IMG/VR virus record: IMGVR_UViG_2772190778_000001
DNA length: 64,000 nucleotides
Strand: one strand, 5' to 3'
DNA from: a virus
Lineage: Duplodnaviria; Caudoviricetes
The notes below the pieces were generated by a model. It was not told where the DNA came from. It searched no databases and was given only the letters and a program-made list of their open reading frames with translations. The position numbers were made by a program, and so were the translations under genes. Positions 27,665 through 36,896 of this stretch are shown one piece after another; position 1 is the first letter of the stretch, and each line of letters opens with the position of its first letter.

Positions 27665-28113
27665 CGGCGGTGATCCTCCCAGTCGAAGTCGATGTTCTGC
27701 CGATGGCCCCACGTTTTGAGGGCCTGAATGACAGCGTCGATCTGTTCCCACTCGCGCAGCATGTCGACATCGGCAGGGACCGATCCCCAGACAGCGCCGA
27801 ACCGCGCGCGGATGAACTTGTTGAGCCCGGCGCGAGAAGGATCGCGCAGCGCGCCCGACTGGCCGAGCTTGCGCCAAAGCACATGGATCATGCGCAGATC
27901 GGCGCGCGGTGCGGACTTGTGGCGCGGGTTGTGGGGCTTGTCCTCGAACCCGGCTTGCTTCAGCCGGTTGACGATCAGCCGCAACTCGCCGTCGTTCATG
28001 TCGCGCAAAGACGCCTTGCCGGTGACGCTGACCTGCAAGTCGCGGCGCGCGTCCTCGTCGAGGCCCAACTGGCGGCAGGCCGCGAAGATGAGCTTGTGAA
28101 GTGCGTGGTTCAT
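27661..28113 (-). CDS. gemA: GemA (Mu gp16 / DUF1018)
   Basis: CRQLGLDEDARR...TGKASLRDM...MIHVLW...IQALK pattern. Confidence 0.8.
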   Translation of the reverse strand: MNHALHKLIFAACRQLGLDEDARRDLQVSVTGKASLRDMNDGELRLIVNRLKQAGFEDKPHNPRHKSAPRADLRMIHVLWRKLGQSGALRDPSRAGLNKFIRARFGAVWGSVPADVDMLREWEQIDAVIQALKTWGHRQNIDFDWEDHRR

Positions 28114-28526
28114 GCGGTGGCCTCCGCACTCTCGTCCGGGTACCAACAGATCAGCGCCCCGTTGAAATACTCGACGTCACCATGGGCGCGTGCCCAGAAC
28201 CCCGACATGTCCGCAATGTCCGAGAACCCGTCCTGACGCGCAAACTTGTCCAGATCCGCGACCTGCGTCCAACGTCCGGATGACCAAGTGCCAATCTCGA
28301 CCTCGACAATACTGCGCGCGCTCAGACGGATCGAGATTGGCAGCACCACCGTGCAGAACGGGTCAGGGATGATTTTCATGCAATGGCGCGTCCGCATGCC
28401 CGTGAACAGCTGGAGTTTCTCACCCGGGCGCGCATGCCGTTTGCGCGGCAGTCGGATGGTCTGGCGCTTGGTGCCCGCGAGGATCTGCGGTGCAAAGCGC
28501 TTCTGGAAGGAGTAGGCGACCATCAT
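28110..28526 (-). CDS. ASCH-domain protein
   Basis: ILAGTKRQTIR (GxKxxTxR), FARQDGF motifs. Confidence 0.8.
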   Translation of the reverse strand: MMVAYSFQKRFAPQILAGTKRQTIRLPRKRHARPGEKLQLFTGMRTRHCMKIIPDPFCTVVLPISIRLSARSIVEVEIGTWSSGRWTQVADLDKFARQDGFSDIADMSGFWARAHGDVEYFNGALICWYPDESAEATA

Positions 28527-28551
28527 GGCAACCTTTCTTGCAGGGCGCGGT

Positions 28552-28812
28552 TCATGCCAGCGTCATCCCGAGCGCTTGCGCGTACATCTCAAGAACCGCC
28601 TGTTCCTCGGCGACGTCGTTGATGTCGCGCTTGCGCAGGGCGATGATCTTGCGCATCACGGCGGTGTCGTAGCCGCGCCCTTTGGCCTCGGCCATCAGCT
28701 CTTTTTGCTGCTCCGAAAGATCCTTCTTCTCCGCTTCAAGGTGCTCCCACCGCTCGATAAACTGGCGCAACTCTTCTGCCGTGACGCGGTAATTCTGATC
28801 ATTGGTCGTCAT
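28552..28812 (-). CDS. gapR: GapR-like nucleoid-associated protein (DUF2312/UPF0335)
   Basis: ELRQFIERWEHLEAEKK...EAKGRGYDTAVMRKIIALRKRD...LEMYAQALGM. Confidence 0.88.
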   Translation of the reverse strand: MTTNDQNYRVTAEELRQFIERWEHLEAEKKDLSEQQKELMAEAKGRGYDTAVMRKIIALRKRDINDVAEEQAVLEMYAQALGMTLA

Positions 28813-28815
28813 GGG

Positions 28816-29025
28816 TCACTCCTCCTCTTCTGCGTCAACAAGCGACGTCACGCAGACGGGTTGATGGTCGATCTCGCATTCAATGGCGCGCTCGCACTCG
28901 GGGCAGGTATGACGGCCGGACCCGATATTGCCCAAATCGTGATAGCAGCCCGGGCAGGTCCAATAGTCATCCCTCCCCGCGTTGGCGCATGTGTCGGCAA
29001 AAGGCTCATAGCTCGGACGGCTCAT
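28816..29025 (-). CDS. Small Cys-rich Zn-finger protein
   Basis: CPGC...CPEC; coupled start. Confidence 0.6.
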   Translation of the reverse strand: MSRPSYEPFADTCANAGRDDYWTCPGCYHDLGNIGSGRHTCPECERAIECEIDHQPVCVTSLVDAEEEE

Positions 29026-29261
29026 AGCGCGCTCTCCAGATAGCGGGTGACCGCGCCGTGAAGCTGGGTGCGGTCCTCATCCTCGCCGGGCATGGCCTCG
29101 ATCAGGAGCCGCATGGCGTCGGCCAAGATCGAGAGCGTGTCGCCCGTCACAATGTTACCATGGGGGAACGGTCCGCCCTCCCGCGCAGCCTCGATCAAAT
29201 CGAAGGTGGCGCTGGCGGTATGTTCCGCTGCGGCGAGCAGCTTGTTGACGATCTCTTCCAT
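29022..29261 (-). CDS. Hypothetical protein
   Basis: SD GAGAG, coupled to next gene. Confidence 0.55.
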   Translation of the reverse strand: MEEIVNKLLAAAEHTASATFDLIEAAREGGPFPHGNIVTGDTLSILADAMRLLIEAMPGEDEDRTQLHGAVTRYLESAL

Positions 29262-29273
29262 CTCTCTGAACTC

Positions 29274-29453
29274 CTATTGAAGCGCTAAGACGACAAGGGC
29301 CGTGCCCAGCAGGCTGAAAAATGGTGCGGCAATGGAGGTCGCCGTCGCCTTATCTAACTCGCCCTTGTCAAGCTGCTGGCCGCACAATGCGGCGACCATC
29401 AGCGCCAGCAGACGGAAGACGACCCCGGCCATAATGATTAGAACGGCGCTCAT
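29274..29453 (-). CDS. Small membrane protein
   Basis: Two hydrophobic segments; SD GAGGG. Confidence 0.45.
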   Translation of the reverse strand: MSAVLIIMAGVVFRLLALMVAALCGQQLDKGELDKATATSIAAPFFSLLGTALVVLALQ

Positions 29454-29457
29454 CCCC

Positions 29458-30108
29458 TCACACCTTCGCAAGATCGAGAACCACCGTCTGCCACGGGGCC
29501 TCTGTGTTGGGGCGGTGCTTGACGCGCACATACGTAGCCTTGCCCACTACCCGCATGGCGTCGCGGATGGCGTCCATCGCCCGGTTCCACCGCGCGTCGG
29601 CGATGTCGAGCCGCAGGAGCATGAAGATTTCGGCGCGGTTGATCTGGCCTTCTTTGTCGGTGTTGAAGGCGCGCGTCACGATGGCCTGAATTTCCGGGCG
29701 ACTGTCAGCGGACCATTCATTGAGGCATTCGTCGATGAGGCCCTTGGCGATCTGCAACTCGGGGCCGAAGTCCACCCGGTCCTGCACTTGGACCTGCACC
29801 TGAAAGAGCCCGTCATAGGTGGTCAGCGTCTTGTTGCCCTTGGCCCCGCCGACGGTGGTCCCATACTCCTGCGCGAGGATTGCCTCGAAATCCGAAATGT
29901 CGTCGAAGGTGTGTTCCTTGAAGCGGCGGAGCTGGTCGCTGAGGGCCAGCGCATATCCGGCGATCTTGCGCACCTGTTCGTCTTGCAACTGGTCTTGCGG
30001 GCGCACGAGATCAAGCGGCACTTCGCGGCCCTTGGCGTCGACCATCTTGCGGCGGCCGTTCTCCTCTATGATGCCTGACGGCACCGGATGGGGGGTGAAT
30101 GCAGACAT
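29458..30108 (-). CDS. DUF3164 protein (positional analogue of Mu gam)
   Basis: MVDAKGREVP, GGAKGNKTL, FGPELQIAKGLIDEC, W.RAM.AI motifs. Confidence 0.8.
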   Translation of the reverse strand: MSAFTPHPVPSGIIEENGRRKMVDAKGREVPLDLVRPQDQLQDEQVRKIAGYALALSDQLRRFKEHTFDDISDFEAILAQEYGTTVGGAKGNKTLTTYDGLFQVQVQVQDRVDFGPELQIAKGLIDECLNEWSADSRPEIQAIVTRAFNTDKEGQINRAEIFMLLRLDIADARWNRAMDAIRDAMRVVGKATYVRVKHRPNTEAPWQTVVLDLAKV

Positions 30109-30109
30109 T

Positions 30110-30310
30110 TTACTCTCCTGTTGAAGGGGGTGTTGAAAGCAGGCTTGGACCCACACCATGGAGCGCGCAGACGGCGGCCATGGCGGCGATCTCGTCCATT
30201 GAGCAAAGCGTGCTGCCGCGCGGGCCAAGCAGGTCCACCTTAGCTACTCCCGAGGCTGCAAGGCGCAGCATCTCGTCGGGACTCCAGCGGCAGATTTCGG
30301 GGGCGTTCAT
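30110..30310 (-). CDS. Hypothetical early protein
   Basis: Coupled in early operon. Confidence 0.55.
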   Translation of the reverse strand: MNAPEICRWSPDEMLRLAASGVAKVDLLGPRGSTLCSMDEIAAMAAVCALHGVGPSLLSTPPSTGE

Positions 30311-30657
30311 TGTCCTGTCTCCTTGTCGTCGAGAATGGCGTCGATCAGATTGTCGCGGATCACGACGTCGAGGATGCGGACGGCGAGCGCCTTGGTTTCC
30401 ATCCCGCGCGCGATGGCATGCGGCTCGAGCGCGGCGCGGGTCTCGGCGTTGAGCCTTGTCAGCTGTGCACCTTGAGGCCCGCAGGGTTTGCCCGGCCGAA
30501 CCGGTGGAAAAGTGACCCCGTGGCGGCGCAGGTAGTGCAGCACGGAGTGGACGCGCTGCGTCGTGACCCCGAGGCGGCGCGCGATCTCTGAGGCCGGTAC
30601 CGCCTGCGCCGCAAGCTCCGTCACCGGTACATCAAGGCTGTCGTCATGCCGCGTCAT
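30307..30657 (-). CDS. HTH-containing early protein
   Basis: PASEIARRLGVTTQRVHSVL helix-turn-helix. Confidence 0.65.
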   Translation of the reverse strand: MTRHDDSLDVPVTELAAQAVPASEIARRLGVTTQRVHSVLHYLRRHGVTFPPVRPGKPCGPQGAQLTRLNAETRAALEPHAIARGMETKALAVRILDVVIRDNLIDAILDDKETGQ

Positions 30658-31018
30658 CGTCGGCCCCCTTGTGGATGGGGCAGCGATTGCAGGCGCGGTA
30701 CATGGAGACGCTGAGCGAGTTCACATTCTCGAACTGCGCCGCCTTGCCGCGCCAGCGCCGGCAGACCTGTTTGCCGATCTCGCCCAAGGCGGGGCAGTCG
30801 ACCACTTCGCGCATGAAATGCCCGCGCACGAGGTCCTCGACGATGCCGGTATCGGCGGGATAGCGGTTGCGCAGAATGTTCGACACGAGGGTCGCGCTGC
30901 GCTCCATCTTGACCGCGACCTTGTTCTGGCTGGTCTCGTCGCAGGCCCGCGCCAAGGCGGCCACCCAATCGGGCAGGTCCTCGCCCCAGAAGGTGCGGGC
31001 GGTGTCGAGCGCACTCAT
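30644..31018 (-). CDS. Early protein with HTH and Cys cluster
   Basis: SQNKVA...SATLVS HTH-like segment; CPALG...C...C..C. Confidence 0.65.
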   Translation of the reverse strand: MSALDTARTFWGEDLPDWVAALARACDETSQNKVAVKMERSATLVSNILRNRYPADTGIVEDLVRGHFMREVVDCPALGEIGKQVCRRWRGKAAQFENVNSLSVSMYRACNRCPIHKGADDDAA

Positions 31019-31545
31019 GCCGCACCGCCTTTCGCCGGGCTGAAATCGCCGGTGTTGGGATCGAGAATGCCCGCCAGGCGCACCGGCTTGGGCGCGCGCG
31101 GGCCGGTATCCTCGACAATCTGGTAAAGCGCTTCACGGCGGCCGGGAATGGCAGTCTGCCTCACTTTCAAGTGGTTTGAGGCCAAGAGTTGGCGGCAATA
31201 TGCGCGGGCCTTTTCGACAGTCACTTCGACGCCTCCAGCATTGGCATGCGCGGCAACGTCTGTCGGGTTGAAGTGGCGCAGAAGGCGCATGGCGCGCCAC
31301 ATATTGCCCTCGGGTGTTGCCTCGCCAGAGACAGGCTGGGGGCCGGGCAGGGGTAGGTGGCAGGGGCTATACCAGCGCTTGCCGTTGCGCCCGATCCGCG
31401 ACACGCGGATTTGTCCTGCATCCGCCCAGTGTCGGATATAGCGAACGGCAGTCTCGCGGCTGCAGCCAAGTCGAGAGACTTCGGCCCAGTCGAACTCCTC
31501 GAGGTTTTTAACCTCGGCCCACATCTGCGCAAAAAGATCGCTCAT
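31015..31545 (-). CDS. Tandem winged-helix protein
   Basis: Follows B; NMWRAMR motif typical of Mu-like early regions. Confidence 0.65.
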   Translation of the reverse strand: MSDLFAQMWAEVKNLEEFDWAEVSRLGCSRETAVRYIRHWADAGQIRVSRIGRNGKRWYSPCHLPLPGPQPVSGEATPEGNMWRAMRLLRHFNPTDVAAHANAGGVEVTVEKARAYCRQLLASNHLKVRQTAIPGRREALYQIVEDTGPRAPKPVRLAGILDPNTGDFSPAKGGAA

Positions 31546-32339
31546 GCCCGCGCCGCCTTTCCTGCTGGCCCAAGTGGCACAACAGTCTCAGGACTGCGCG
31601 CCGCCGCCGGGCGAAAATCATCAACCCGCCGGACGGCTGGGGGCTGCCCTGTGTCGAAGGCTCGATTAGCCCAAAGCTGGAGGTCGACAGAGCGCTGCCC
31701 TCGGCCCTTGGCCAACTCCTTGGCACGGGCGAGGTTGGTGGCTACCCGCCGCATCGAGCCGCCCGACGCTTCCACAATGGCCTCGAGCAGATCAGAGGCC
31801 ACGTCGACACCTGAAGCGTAGATCGGGACGAGTTTCTGTGCGTCCGTAAGGTTGCAGGCGAGGGCAGGTTCCCATGCGAGCTGCAAACTGTGGATGTTCT
31901 CCCAGCGGGTCAGGTCTTGTGGCAATTTTTCCTCGCCGACGAGGATCAGCGTACCTTGCGAGCCTTTGTAGATATCGCGCACCAGCTCAATCATTCGCTT
32001 TCGCAGGAGGTTCTGCGCATCGTCGATAATGAGCGGACGGTCGGTTCGTGCCAAATGCGCGGAGATCGCATCGGCCATGTGCGTGACCCGTCGCATTGGT
32101 GGCAGGCCAATCTCATGCATTATTTTTTGCACAAGGTCTGTCGGCGTCCAGTAGTCTTTCACTTCAACGAAATATGCCTGATACTCGTTGGCCGCGACCG
32201 TCACGGCGGTGGTCTTGCCCCAGCCGGAGGGTCCATAGAACGTGGCCATGCCGGGTAGGCCAAAGGCGCGGGACTGGACGCGCTCGACGAGGCCGATCAG
32301 CGCTGCGACGTTTCGCAGGGGCGCAATGGAAGGTGTCAT
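31542..32339 (-). CDS. Transposition ATPase (MuB-like)
   Basis: Walker A GPSGWGKT, Walker B LIIDDA; follows transposase. Confidence 0.92.
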   Translation of the reverse strand: MTPSIAPLRNVAALIGLVERVQSRAFGLPGMATFYGPSGWGKTTAVTVAANEYQAYFVEVKDYWTPTDLVQKIMHEIGLPPMRRVTHMADAISAHLARTDRPLIIDDAQNLLRKRMIELVRDIYKGSQGTLILVGEEKLPQDLTRWENIHSLQLAWEPALACNLTDAQKLVPIYASGVDVASDLLEAIVEASGGSMRRVATNLARAKELAKGRGQRSVDLQLWANRAFDTGQPPAVRRVDDFRPAAARSPETVVPLGPAGKAARA

Positions 32340-32357
32340 GCTGCTCTCCTTTTCTTG

Positions 32358-34481
32358 TTACTCTTGGGCACCGAAGCGGCGCTCCATGCGCAGCTGGGTG
32401 CGGTAGTCGGAACTCTGTTGGTAGTCGGCCAGCCAATCGGCCTGCGCCTGCGTCAGCGTCTCGCCCTCCGCCTGCGCGGTCTCGAGGGCGCGGGCACGCA
32501 GAAAAAGGGCCTTGGGATCGTCTTCATCGACCTCAACGGGGCGGGCGCGATGCTCGGCGAGGCGCGTCACGCGGGCCTCAAGCGCTGCTTCGCGCTCTTT
32601 CTCCTCGGCGCTCTGCGCGCGCCGCCGTTTGGGGGCGGCCTTGTGCGGCGTCACAAGCTGATGAACTTGCGCCTCGGGCAGGGGGTCGTCTGCCGCCAGC
32701 CCCGAGGCTGCGCGCACCCGGGCGGCCACCTCGGCCGCCGTCAACTCGCGCGCGGCCTTGGCCTCATCGCGCTGCGCACGCATCCATGTCTTGCGCTTTC
32801 GGTTGTGATCGCGTGCGGCCTCAACGTCGCGGAACTTGGCGTCCTTGAGACATTTGGCATGGCCGAGGTACCGGCCCGCCAGATCATAAACCTCGAGACC
32901 GGCTGTCAAATCATCCGCGTCGAACCGCGCAACCACCTTCTCGCCTGCGATCCGGTACATCCACTCTGACCAGTATTCCGTGTCGTAGAGCTTCAGAGCG
33001 CCGTTGCTGGTCTTGGCCCGCACACCCTCGGCGCGCAGGAGCCAGAGACGCAGTTGTTCGTCCGTCGCGCGCTTGATCGTGGCGCGCGCATAGCCCTCGT
33101 TGAACACCTCATTAAACGACCGTCCCATGGCCACTTCGCTGCGCCGCCCGGGGCGGGCGTTGTGATGCGCGAGTTCGTCCTCTAAGACGAGGCGGAACTC
33201 CTCGAGCGGGATGGCGCGGGTGCCGTAATCCTCGGGCTTGGCGTCCGGTTTGTTGCCGGTATAGGCCCCGTCAAAGGCGGGATGCTTGGCCACCCGGTCG
33301 CAGAGGTCGCGAAACGCGCGCTCGATGGGCTTGGATTGCCCCGAATAGGGTGTGGCCCAATGTATTTCGACGCCCAAGAGCGGAAGGAGGCCGGGAATAT
33401 CCTCGTCGGTGATCTTGAAGCGGAACCGGGTCGGCGTGCCGCCTGTCATCGCCTTGGCCGCGAACTCCCGGCCGTTGTCGATCAGAACCGACTGTGGGAT
33501 GCCATAGGTCCGGATCAGGTCGCCGGTGACCAGCTGCACCGTGTGGCTGTTCGCCGTCGGCGACAGGCGCCAAGCCAAGAGCTTGCCGGAATAGACGTCC
33601 GACCAGACCATCATCTGCGGTCGCACGGGCTTGTCGTAGCCCGGCCACGACACAAAGACGTCGAACTTGTGATAGTCGCCCTGGACGCATTCGAGCGGGG
33701 CCATGAACGCCTTGCTGCGAACCTGCGCAGGATAAAGGCGGCGCAGCGCTTCCTCGCCCTTGCGCATGAAAATCTCCGTGGGTACCGAGACGCTGGCCTT
33801 GAGCCAACGGCGCACCTGATGGAGAGGCGGCACGGCGCTGTTGCGCCGCTCTGAGGTCCAGACGCGCACGGCACGGTCATAGCAACTGGTGAGAGAGGGT
33901 TGCGACAGGCGCAGCCAGTCGCTGCGCACAAGTGACAGAAACGCAGGGTCTATGTCATCCCGCCGGGCGGGGGAGCGCCGCAGCGCGCGCCCGTCGATCA
34001 GGTAAGCCAGCCGGTCGGCCCGGGCGACGCCCTCGACCTGCCCGAGGTAATTCCAGAGGGATTTGTCAGACCGCTCCAGCTTGCGCGCGACCTCGCGCAC
34101 GGCCGCCGAGCGGGTCAGCCCGGCCCCTTCCAGCAATTCGACCTCGGCAATAGCCCCAAGCCGCGCCTCGGCCTCGGCGCGCGCCTTGTCGCCCGCCGCC
34201 GCATAGCGCTCCCATGCCTCGCCAGTCCCGGGCTTATCCGCCGGAGCCGCGACCAGACCGGCGCTGAGCCGCATCCGGGCGCGCAGAGGCAAGATGCTCC
34301 AGTGATACTCGACGCCGCCGCCGACCCCCTTACGCCGCCGGACCTTTCCGGGGTGCCGTGCCCAGCCCTCGCGCACCGCCAGATCGTTGACCTTGCGCTT
34401 TGTGCCGGGCAGGTCGGGCAATCCGGCCTCGGCCAGCTCGGCGGCAGACCACCACTCTTGCGCAGGGGCGGGTCCAGTCAT
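32358..34481 (-). CDS. DDE transposase (MuA-like), 707 aa
   Basis: N-terminal Mu HTH (WWSAAEL...LPG), DYHKFD / DNGREF / KPIERAF catalytic motifs. Confidence 0.95.
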   Translation of the reverse strand: MTGPAPAQEWWSAAELAEAGLPDLPGTKRKVNDLAVREGWARHPGKVRRRKGVGGGVEYHWSILPLRARMRLSAGLVAAPADKPGTGEAWERYAAAGDKARAEAEARLGAIAEVELLEGAGLTRSAAVREVARKLERSDKSLWNYLGQVEGVARADRLAYLIDGRALRRSPARRDDIDPAFLSLVRSDWLRLSQPSLTSCYDRAVRVWTSERRNSAVPPLHQVRRWLKASVSVPTEIFMRKGEEALRRLYPAQVRSKAFMAPLECVQGDYHKFDVFVSWPGYDKPVRPQMMVWSDVYSGKLLAWRLSPTANSHTVQLVTGDLIRTYGIPQSVLIDNGREFAAKAMTGGTPTRFRFKITDEDIPGLLPLLGVEIHWATPYSGQSKPIERAFRDLCDRVAKHPAFDGAYTGNKPDAKPEDYGTRAIPLEEFRLVLEDELAHHNARPGRRSEVAMGRSFNEVFNEGYARATIKRATDEQLRLWLLRAEGVRAKTSNGALKLYDTEYWSEWMYRIAGEKVVARFDADDLTAGLEVYDLAGRYLGHAKCLKDAKFRDVEAARDHNRKRKTWMRAQRDEAKAARELTAAEVAARVRAASGLAADDPLPEAQVHQLVTPHKAAPKRRRAQSAEEKEREAALEARVTRLAEHRARPVEVDEDDPKALFLRARALETAQAEGETLTQAQADWLADYQQSSDYRTQLRMERRFGAQE

Positions 34482-35332
34482 GCCGCGTCCCCTTGGTCAA
34501 TCTCGCCGAACAGCGCCGCAACCTCTGCGCCGCGCTCCTCGAGAAACGCCATGCGCTCCCGCTTGCCCGCACGGTCCCATGCGTCCATGAGGCGCGCGAG
34601 GGTGGCGTCTTTTGGGCTGGCCGGGGCCGGTGCCTCACCGCGCGCGGCGCGGTACGCCTCGCGTGCGGCTTTGACCGTTTTTGCCCGCCCGGCTGATAGT
34701 TCTTCTACAACGAAACCTCGTTCCTCGGCCTCGCCCATTTTGCCGATATCAATCAGGTCCATCACCTCGACCCGCTTTGGAGCGGCACGAAGGCGCTCTA
34801 TCTCTTTGCGCCGTAGGAGACTGCCTGCGCGCACGAAGTTGCGAACGTGGCGCTCGCTGAGGCCGAGATTTTCCGCAACGCTTTCGGCAAAGGATGCGAC
34901 GGAAATCATTTCCGCCGTATCCCATCGCTTGGATGCAAGGCCCGCCCCGGTCGCCGCTTTAGCCTCCGGGTGCAGCCGTTCATAGGCCGACTTGCGTTCA
35001 GCCAAAAACAACGCCAGATCGACCGGGATAAGGGGCTGACTGGCAAGGTTGCCGTCGATCTCCATCATTCTGGCTTCGGCGTCGTTGCAGCGAAAGAGAT
35101 CAACGGGGACCACCGTCTCGCCAAGTTCTTGCATCGCGGTCAAACGGTGCAGTCCCTCGACTAGATAATCGCCGTCCTTCTTACGCCGCACCCATATTTT
35201 GCCACGAAAACCGCTCTGGCGGATCGACGCCTTCAGGCTCTCGACATGCTTGCGCGACACATTCCGCAACCGGTCTTCGACCTTGATCGCTTCAATCGGC
35301 AGTTCGGTGATTGTGGAAAGGTGCTCAATCAT
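34478..35332 (-). CDS. ParB/Srx-like N-terminal domain plus HTH protein
   Basis: LKASIRQSG...LVEGLHRLTA...EIDGNL; coupled to transposase. Confidence 0.8.
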   Translation of the reverse strand: MIEHLSTITELPIEAIKVEDRLRNVSRKHVESLKASIRQSGFRGKIWVRRKKDGDYLVEGLHRLTAMQELGETVVPVDLFRCNDAEARMMEIDGNLASQPLIPVDLALFLAERKSAYERLHPEAKAATGAGLASKRWDTAEMISVASFAESVAENLGLSERHVRNFVRAGSLLRRKEIERLRAAPKRVEVMDLIDIGKMGEAEERGFVVEELSAGRAKTVKAAREAYRAARGEAPAPASPKDATLARLMDAWDRAGKRERMAFLEERGAEVAALFGEIDQGDAA

Positions 35333-35553
35333 TCTGGGGCCTTCGTCATTGTGTAGCGGCAGATCAGCCGGTCGGCTTTGCGCTCGCGGGTGCAGAGGAT
35401 CTCCGCCCCGTTGGCGCGCAATTCGGAAATGCAGCTGTTCACCGCCACCACATGCGCCCGCCGCACGATCTCGCGCGTGGTGTGCGGGCGGCCATCCTTG
35501 AGGACGGCAAGCACCCGTTGCAGGCGGGGCGAGGTGAGCGGCGCGTGATGCAT
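35329..35553 (-). CDS. Small winged-helix protein
   Basis: RVLAVLKDGRPHTTREI...ISELRANG. Confidence 0.7.
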   Translation of the reverse strand: MHHAPLTSPRLQRVLAVLKDGRPHTTREIVRRAHVVAVNSCISELRANGAEILCTRERKADRLICRYTMTKAPE

Positions 35554-35813
35554 CAGCCCACCATCTGGGCGTCGAGCCCGGCGCAATTGGTGCGGCAGTT
35601 GCCGCACATGCGGTGCCCGGGTCCCGTTGACCAGAACTCGGTGCCGCAGGTCAGGCAGGGGCGGTTGCGAGCGTGCTTGGCCTTGAGAGCCTCGTCCTGC
35701 ATTCGGTCTTGGGCGCGCAGCGCGATATCACGATTGCTGAACGCGCCGGACACGCGCTCCTTGCCACGGAAAACGGCGTAGCCGTCGCCCCATCTTTGAA
35801 CATGCAGGTCCAT
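35553..35813 (-). CDS. Small Zn-finger protein
   Basis: RPCLTCGTEFWSTGPGHRMCGNC; SD GGAGG. Confidence 0.7.
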   Translation of the reverse strand: MDLHVQRWGDGYAVFRGKERVSGAFSNRDIALRAQDRMQDEALKAKHARNRPCLTCGTEFWSTGPGHRMCGNCRTNCAGLDAQMVG

Positions 35814-35818
35814 TTCGC

Positions 35819-36007
35819 TCACCTCCCGAAACTCGCGACGGCGAAGAGCAGGACGAACAGCGCCACAGCCCCCACCACATCGCCGATGACAGAAAAAACG
35901 CCCCGGCCGGAGCAAGCAGACTGGGCACAGCCGGGGCGCAGGAGCCGCGCAGCGCACAGGCCAGCACGCGCGCGGAGACGAAACTTATGGGCAAGGCGGC
36001 GGATCAT
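35819..36007 (-). CDS. Small membrane protein
   Basis: C-terminal TM; coupled start. Confidence 0.45.
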   Translation of the reverse strand: MIRRLAHKFRLRARAGLCAARLLRPGCAQSACSGRGVFSVIGDVVGAVALFVLLFAVASFGR

Positions 36008-36216
36008 CGCGAACGCTCCCGGATGAAATCCGCCTTGCGGATCGACAGGTGATGATCCGCAGCCAAGCGGCTCAGGCGCATCAGCGGCAACGCGCAGCGC
36101 GGTTCGTCGATGTCGCGCACCAACTGCAGGGCCAGCGCGACGCGCAGCGCCTGCGGAATGGCCGCGATCTCGTCCTGCAACTGCCCGGCGTCGGGAATGA
36201 GATCGGATAACCGCAT
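36004..36216 (-). CDS. Hypothetical early protein
   Basis: TGATG coupling. Confidence 0.5.
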   Translation of the reverse strand: MRLSDLIPDAGQLQDEIAAIPQALRVALALQLVRDIDEPRCALPLMRLSRLAADHHLSIRKADFIRERSR

Positions 36217-36386
36217 CACATTGAATCCTGTGTTGAAGGGGGTGTTTCAGGGGCGGCACCTCGGCCCAGAACAGCGACGGACAGGCCTGCGGCGACCACG
36301 GCCCAGAAGATGAGGGCAAAGAGGAAGGCTATGGCGAGGCCGCTACCCGGAGGCAGGCGACGTTCGGGTGCGGGGCGCGGGCTCAT
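36216..36386 (-). CDS. 56-aa single-TM protein (below ORF-track cutoff)
   Basis: MSPRPAPERRLPPGSGLAIAFLFALIFWAVV...; coupled to next ORF. Confidence 0.55.
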   Translation of the reverse strand: MSPRPAPERRLPPGSGLAIAFLFALIFWAVVAAGLSVAVLGRGAAPETPPSTQDSM

Positions 36387-36414
36387 GCGGCACCCCCGGT
36401 TGCGCGGACGAGGC

Positions 36415-36444
36415 TCGACACCCCGCCCGCGCGCGCCCTACCAT
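36415..36444 (+). promoter_or_regulatory. sigma70-like promoter TCGACA-N18-TACCAT for antisense gene
   Basis: Read directly; followed by GGAGG and TTG at 36477. Confidence 0.5.
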
Positions 36445-36476
36445 CGTCGCTACCAACAAACCGACGGAGGGAACCC

Positions 36477-36896
36477 TTGGAAAACGAATGGATGACGCAG
36501 GACATATTCGACGGACAGCCGCTGATACTCATGCCGGTCGCGCGCTTCGCCTCAGACCTTGAATTAATCTGGAGAAGCGTCGGCACTACGCGCTTACCGC
36601 ACCCGGCACCCGACGACGTTGAATGGGAGGACATCGTCAAGCGGCTCATTCCTGACCACCCGTCATATATCGGAAGCCGAGATTGGCTCCGCTCATACTC
36701 CGAGCGGGACCGGGCGGCTCTGGGTTACACAGCCAACAGGCTTTGGCATCTGACCCAGCGGCTGGGCATTCACCCGAACGGTGCGCCTGACCCAGAATGG
36801 GTGTTGGCACATTCTGATTGGAGAGCGCGAATGAGCCTGTGTCTTGGTGCAGGAGTGATCCCATTTGCGTGGGTTCGTCTGACTGACGCTCTTTGA
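36477..36896 (+). CDS. 139-aa protein antisense to the early operon
   Basis: Own promoter-like and SD signals; lower GC. Confidence 0.65.
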   Translation: MENEWMTQDIFDGQPLILMPVARFASDLELIWRSVGTTRLPHPAPDDVEWEDIVKRLIPDHPSYIGSRDWLRSYSERDRAALGYTANRLWHLTQRLGIHPNGAPDPEWVLAHSDWRARMSLCLGAGVIPFAWVRLTDAL

